From positions 7,756 to 71,755 of the forward strand of contig CACDNT010000001.1 of assembly GCA_902554195.1 (NCBI GenBank): DNA of 64,000 nucleotides, in the 5' to 3' direction. Source of the stretch: an uncultured Pelagibacteraceae bacterium (GTDB lineage: Bacteria; Pseudomonadota; Alphaproteobacteria; Pelagibacterales; Pelagibacteraceae). Of this stretch, positions 60,596 through 64,000 are shown piece after piece. Numbering within the stretch: the stretch's first letter is position 1; each line of letters begins with the position of its first letter. Made by a program: the position numbers and the translations under genes. Under the pieces are notes generated by a model that was not told the origin of the DNA, made no database searches, and worked only from the letters and a program-made list of their open reading frames with translations.

Positions 60596-62038
60596 ATGGA
60601 TACTAGAGAAAAAGATATAGAAAAATTAAAAGATTATAAATACGGTTTTACAACTGATATTGAAAATATTAAAGCTCCAAAAGGCTTAAATGAGGATGTG
60701 ATTAAGTTTATTTCTAATATTAAAAAAGAACCAAAATGGATGTTAGATTTTAGATTAAAAGCTTACGAGCGATTAAAACAATTAAAAGAACCTAATTGGC
60801 AAAAACCAAAATATCCAAAAATTGATTATCAAGATTTATATTACTATTCAGCACCAAAAAGCATGAAGGATAAGCCAAAAAGTTTAGATGAGCTTGATCC
60901 TAAACTTTTAGAGACATATAAAAAACTTGGAATTCCATTACAAGAGCAAGCAAGATTAAATGGAATTGCTGTAGATGCCGTATTCGACTCTGTTTCAGTT
61001 GCTACTACATTTAAAGGTGAGCTGACTAAACATGGAATAATTTTTTGTTCAATGTCAGAGGCAATTCAAAAACACTCTGATCTTGTAAAAAAATATTTAG
61101 GTACAGTTATACCAGTAACTGATCATTTTTTTGCCACACTAAACTCTGCTGTTTTTACAGATGGATCATTTGTTTATATTCCTGAGGGTGTTAAGTGTCC
61201 TATGGAACTATCAACTTATTTCAGAATTAATGCATCAGAGACAGGACAATTTGAAAGAACATTAATTATTGCTGATAAAGGAAGTTACGTGAGCTACCTT
61301 GAAGGATGCACCGCTCCCATGAGAGATGAAAATCAATTACACGCTGCAAATGTTGAATTGATTGCTTTAGACGATGCGGAAATAAAATATTCAACAGTAC
61401 AAAATTGGTATCCTGGTGATGAAAATGGCAAAGGAGGAATTTATAACTTTGTAACTAAAAGAGGATTGTGCAAAGGGAATAATTCTAAGATTTCTTGGAC
61501 TCAAGTTGAAACAGGTTCAGCTATAACTTGGAAATACCCAAGCTGTATTTTAAAAGGTGATAATTCAATTGGTGAGTTTTATTCTATAGCAATTACCAAT
61601 AATCATCAAAAGGCAGACACTGGAACAAAGATGATTCATTTAGGAAAAAATACTAAAAGTAAAATTATTTCAAAAGGTATAAGTGCTGGATTTTCTGATA
61701 TGACTTATAGAGGTTTAGTAGATATTAATTCAAAAGCTAAAAACTCTAGTAATTATACACAATGTGACTCTTTATTAATGGGAAATAAATGTGGCGCACA
61801 TACAGTTCCATATATCAAAAATAAAAATTTTGACTCCAATATTGCTCATGAAGCTACGACATCAAAAATAAGTGAGGCACAATTACATTATTGCCAACAA
61901 AGAGGACTTAACCCTGAGGAGGCTGTGGGATTAATTGTTAATGGTTTTTGTAAAGAAGTATTACAACAATTACCAATGGAGTTTGCAGTTGAAGCCCAGA
62001 AACTTGTAGGCATTAGCTTAGAGGGGAGTGTTGGTTAA
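60596..62038 (+). CDS. sufB: Fe-S cluster assembly protein SufB
   Basis: [49 protein letters not shown] and LPMEFAVEA. Confidence 0.97.
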   Translation: MDTREKDIEKLKDYKYGFTTDIENIKAPKGLNEDVIKFISNIKKEPKWMLDFRLKAYERLKQLKEPNWQKPKYPKIDYQDLYYYSAPKSMKDKPKSLDELDPKLLETYKKLGIPLQEQARLNGIAVDAVFDSVSVATTFKGELTKHGIIFCSMSEAIQKHSDLVKKYLGTVIPVTDHFFATLNSAVFTDGSFVYIPEGVKCPMELSTYFRINASETGQFERTLIIADKGSYVSYLEGCTAPMRDENQLHAANVELIALDDAEIKYSTVQNWYPGDENGKGGIYNFVTKRGLCKGNNSKISWTQVETGSAITWKYPSCILKGDNSIGEFYSIAITNNHQKADTGTKMIHLGKNTKSKIISKGISAGFSDMTYRGLVDINSKAKNSSNYTQCDSLLMGNKCGAHTVPYIKNKNFDSNIAHEATTSKISEAQLHYCQQRGLNPEEAVGLIVNGFCKEVLQQLPMEFAVEAQKLVGISLEGSVG

Positions 62039-62772
62039 TGCTTAAAATAAGTAATTTAAATGCAAATGTTGAAAATAAATCAATTTTAAAGGGTTTTTCA
62101 TTAAATATAAATCCTGGTGAAGTTCACGCAATCATGGGCCCAAATGGATCAGGAAAAAGCACATTATCTAATATTCTGTCAGGAAAAAAAGGATACCAGG
62201 TATCAGGCGAAATCTTATTTGAAAATAAAAATTTATTTGATCTTGAAACCGAAGAAAGAGCGCACAAAGGAATATTTTTAGCTTTCCAATACCCATTAGA
62301 AATTCCAGGTGTTAATACAAATATCTTTTTAAAAACATCCTTAAATGCAATTAGAAAAGCAAGAGGCGAAAAAGAATTAGATGCAATTGAATTTTTAAAA
62401 CTTGTTAAAGAGAAAGCTAAAGAATTAAAATTTGATGAAGAAAAACTAAATAGACAATTAAATGTTGGATTTTCAGGTGGAGAAAAAAAGAAAAATGAAA
62501 TTCTGCAAATGTCTATGTTAGCACCAAAATTATCCATTTTAGATGAGACAGACTCAGGCCTAGACATAGATGCGCTTAAAATAGTTGCAGATGGAGTTAA
62601 TACTTTAAGAAATAAGGATAATTCTTTTTTAATAATAACCCATTATCAAAGATTATTAGATTACATTAAACCTGATTTTGTTCACGTTTTAATGAATGGA
62701 AAGATAATAAGATCTGGTGGTCCAGAATTAGCAATCGAATTAGAAAAAAAAGGATACGAAAGTTTTAATTAA
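62038..62772 (+). CDS. sufC: Fe-S cluster assembly ATPase SufC
   Basis: MGPNGSGKST, FLAFQYP.EIPGV, GFSGGEKK, LDETDSGLDIDAL and ITHYQRLL. Confidence 0.97.
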   Translation: MLKISNLNANVENKSILKGFSLNINPGEVHAIMGPNGSGKSTLSNILSGKKGYQVSGEILFENKNLFDLETEERAHKGIFLAFQYPLEIPGVNTNIFLKTSLNAIRKARGEKELDAIEFLKLVKEKAKELKFDEEKLNRQLNVGFSGGEKKKNEILQMSMLAPKLSILDETDSGLDIDALKIVADGVNTLRNKDNSFLIITHYQRLLDYIKPDFVHVLMNGKIIRSGGPELAIELEKKGYESFN

Positions 62773-64000
62773 ATGAGCGAGCAATTACAGTCAGACTTTG
62801 ATAAATTAGTAAAAACTTCAAAATTTTCTAATGAAGAAATCCATTTTAAGAAAACTTTTTTAAATAATTTCATAAAAAAGGGTTTTCCAAATAGAAAGCA
62901 AGAAGATTGGAAATTTTTAGATATTAGTCAGATCATTAAAAAAAATATTAGTGATTTAAGTTATTTCAATGATTATTCACAATCTAATAAAATCGATCCA
63001 TCAATTTTTGTTGATAGTTTGGAGCATAATAAAATTATTTTTATAAATGGAAGGATCGAAAAAATTGATTTTAACTTCGAAGATCAAAATAAAATTGAAA
63101 TAATTGATGAAACTAAAAAAGATATATTATTTGATTATGAAAATTCATTAATTGATTTGAATAGTGCATTTACTGATAAAGTTTTTAAAATTTTAATTAA
63201 AAAAAATTATTCTCTAAAAAAACCTTTGATAATTTATCATTCAACAAATGATAAAATTAAGTCTACTAATATCAATTTGAGATTAGATTTTGAATTAGGT
63301 GAAAATAGTTGTTTAAAACTTATTGATTATTTTGATAATAACACAGGGAAAAACTTTATAAATATTTTTTACAACTTTAATTTAGAAAAAGACTCAATTC
63401 TTAAAAACTATAAAATTGATAAATTTATTAATAATAATTTAAAATACTCTTTTAACAATATTGAACAGAACAATAACAGTGTCTCAGAAACATTTATATT
63501 ATCTGCTGGTTCAGATTATTTTAAAAATGAGATTAATTGTAATTTAAACGGTGAGTATTCATCAGCATTTATTAATGGTATTTTTTCTTTAAAGGAAAAT
63601 CAACAACACGAAATAAGAACTACAATAAATCACTTAGTGGAAAACACAAAAAGTTATCAGCTTATTAAAAGTGTTCTTGGAAAAAATTCAAAATCCGCAT
63701 ATCAAGGAAGAATATTTGTAAATTCAAAAGCTCAAAAAACTGATGGATATCAATTGAGTAAAGCAATACTTCTCGATGAAACATCAGAGTTTAATGCAAA
63801 ACCAGAATTAGAAATTTATGCTGATGATGTAAAATGTTCTCACGGATCAGCATCTGGTAGCTTAGATGAAAATTCAATTTTTTACTTAATGTCTCGTGGT
63901 TTGAGTTATCAACAGTCAAAAGAACTTCTGATTAATGGTTTTTTAATGGATGTTGTTGAAAAGATTACAGACGTAGAAATAAAAAACTTAATTACAAATA
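62773..64000 (+). CDS. sufD: Fe-S cluster assembly protein SufD (runs off window)
   Basis: From ATG 62773, translated by hand: GFPNRKQEDWKF...AQKTDGYQLSKAILL, KPELEIYADDVKCSHG and FYLMSRG. Confidence 0.93.
   Translation, partial: MSEQLQSDFDKLVKTSKFSNEEIHFKKTFLNNFIKKGFPNRKQEDWKFLDISQIIKKNISDLSYFNDYSQSNKIDPSIFVDSLEHNKIIFINGRIEKIDFNFEDQNKIEIIDETKKDILFDYENSLIDLNSAFTDKVFKILIKKNYSLKKPLIIYHSTNDKIKSTNINLRLDFELGENSCLKLIDYFDNNTGKNFINIFYNFNLEKDSILKNYKIDKFINNNLKYSFNNIEQNNNSVSETFILSAGSDYFKNEINCNLNGEYSSAFINGIFSLKENQQHEIRTTINHLVENTKSYQLIKSVLGKNSKSAYQGRIFVNSKAQKTDGYQLSKAILLDETSEFNAKPELEIYADDVKCSHGSASGSLDENSIFYLMSRGLSYQQSKELLINGFLMDVVEKITDVEIKNLITN

Noticed and set aside
788-62567. Numerous short ORF-track entries nested in or antisense to real genes (e.g. 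788-1012, 2601-2816, 9074-9373, 14378-14752, 26638-26940, 39751-40062, 53573-53833, 56468-56929, 62124-62567)
   Set aside because: They overlap confidently identified genes, carry no motifs and mostly have the Ser/Phe/Leu/Ile-rich composition expected of shadow frames in AT-rich DNA.
1-64000. Mobile elements, prophage, defence systems, rRNA or tRNA genes
   Set aside because: No integrase, transposase, phage structural, RM, TA or Cas ORFs were seen, and no GC-rich structured-RNA segments; nearly all of the sequence is accounted for by CDSs.

Overview
AT-rich, very compact alphaproteobacterial DNA. Gene content, synteny, overlapping genes and minimal spacers are most consistent with a SAR11/Pelagibacterales genome (inference). 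About 15-64 kb is core backbone: cmk, gshAB, purF/cvpA, dnaB, rplI-rpsR-rpsF, fabD-fabG-acpP, gmk, rsmA-pdxA-surA-lptD-lptG-lptF, pepA, ndk, purMN, hda-like, aspS, accBC-aroQ, thiSG, rne, PBP1A, prfB with its programmed +1 frameshift, tyrS, anmK, and iscR-sufBCD with a clear IscR box. The first ~15 kb is more accessory/metabolic: TspO plus a FOXRED1-like flavoprotein, msrA-selO, NAD-dependent formate dehydrogenase, a Liv-type ABC importer, HPP and IscU-like genes, a DMT transporter plus amidinotransferase pair, and an orphan coiled-coil protein. I saw no rRNA, tRNA, CRISPR array or mobile element. Best leads: (1) the DMT-amidinotransferase unit, possibly for guanidino-compound salvage; (2) a stand-alone NrdJ C-terminal-domain protein with a new N-terminal domain; (3) an unannotated 27-aa membrane peptide coupled to the end of the ABC operon, plus an A8 homopolymer that appears to remove the binding protein's terminal Cys; (4) a PhnZ-like diiron HD protein directly upstream of gshA. 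All functional proposals are hypotheses from sequence reading alone; no searches were run.
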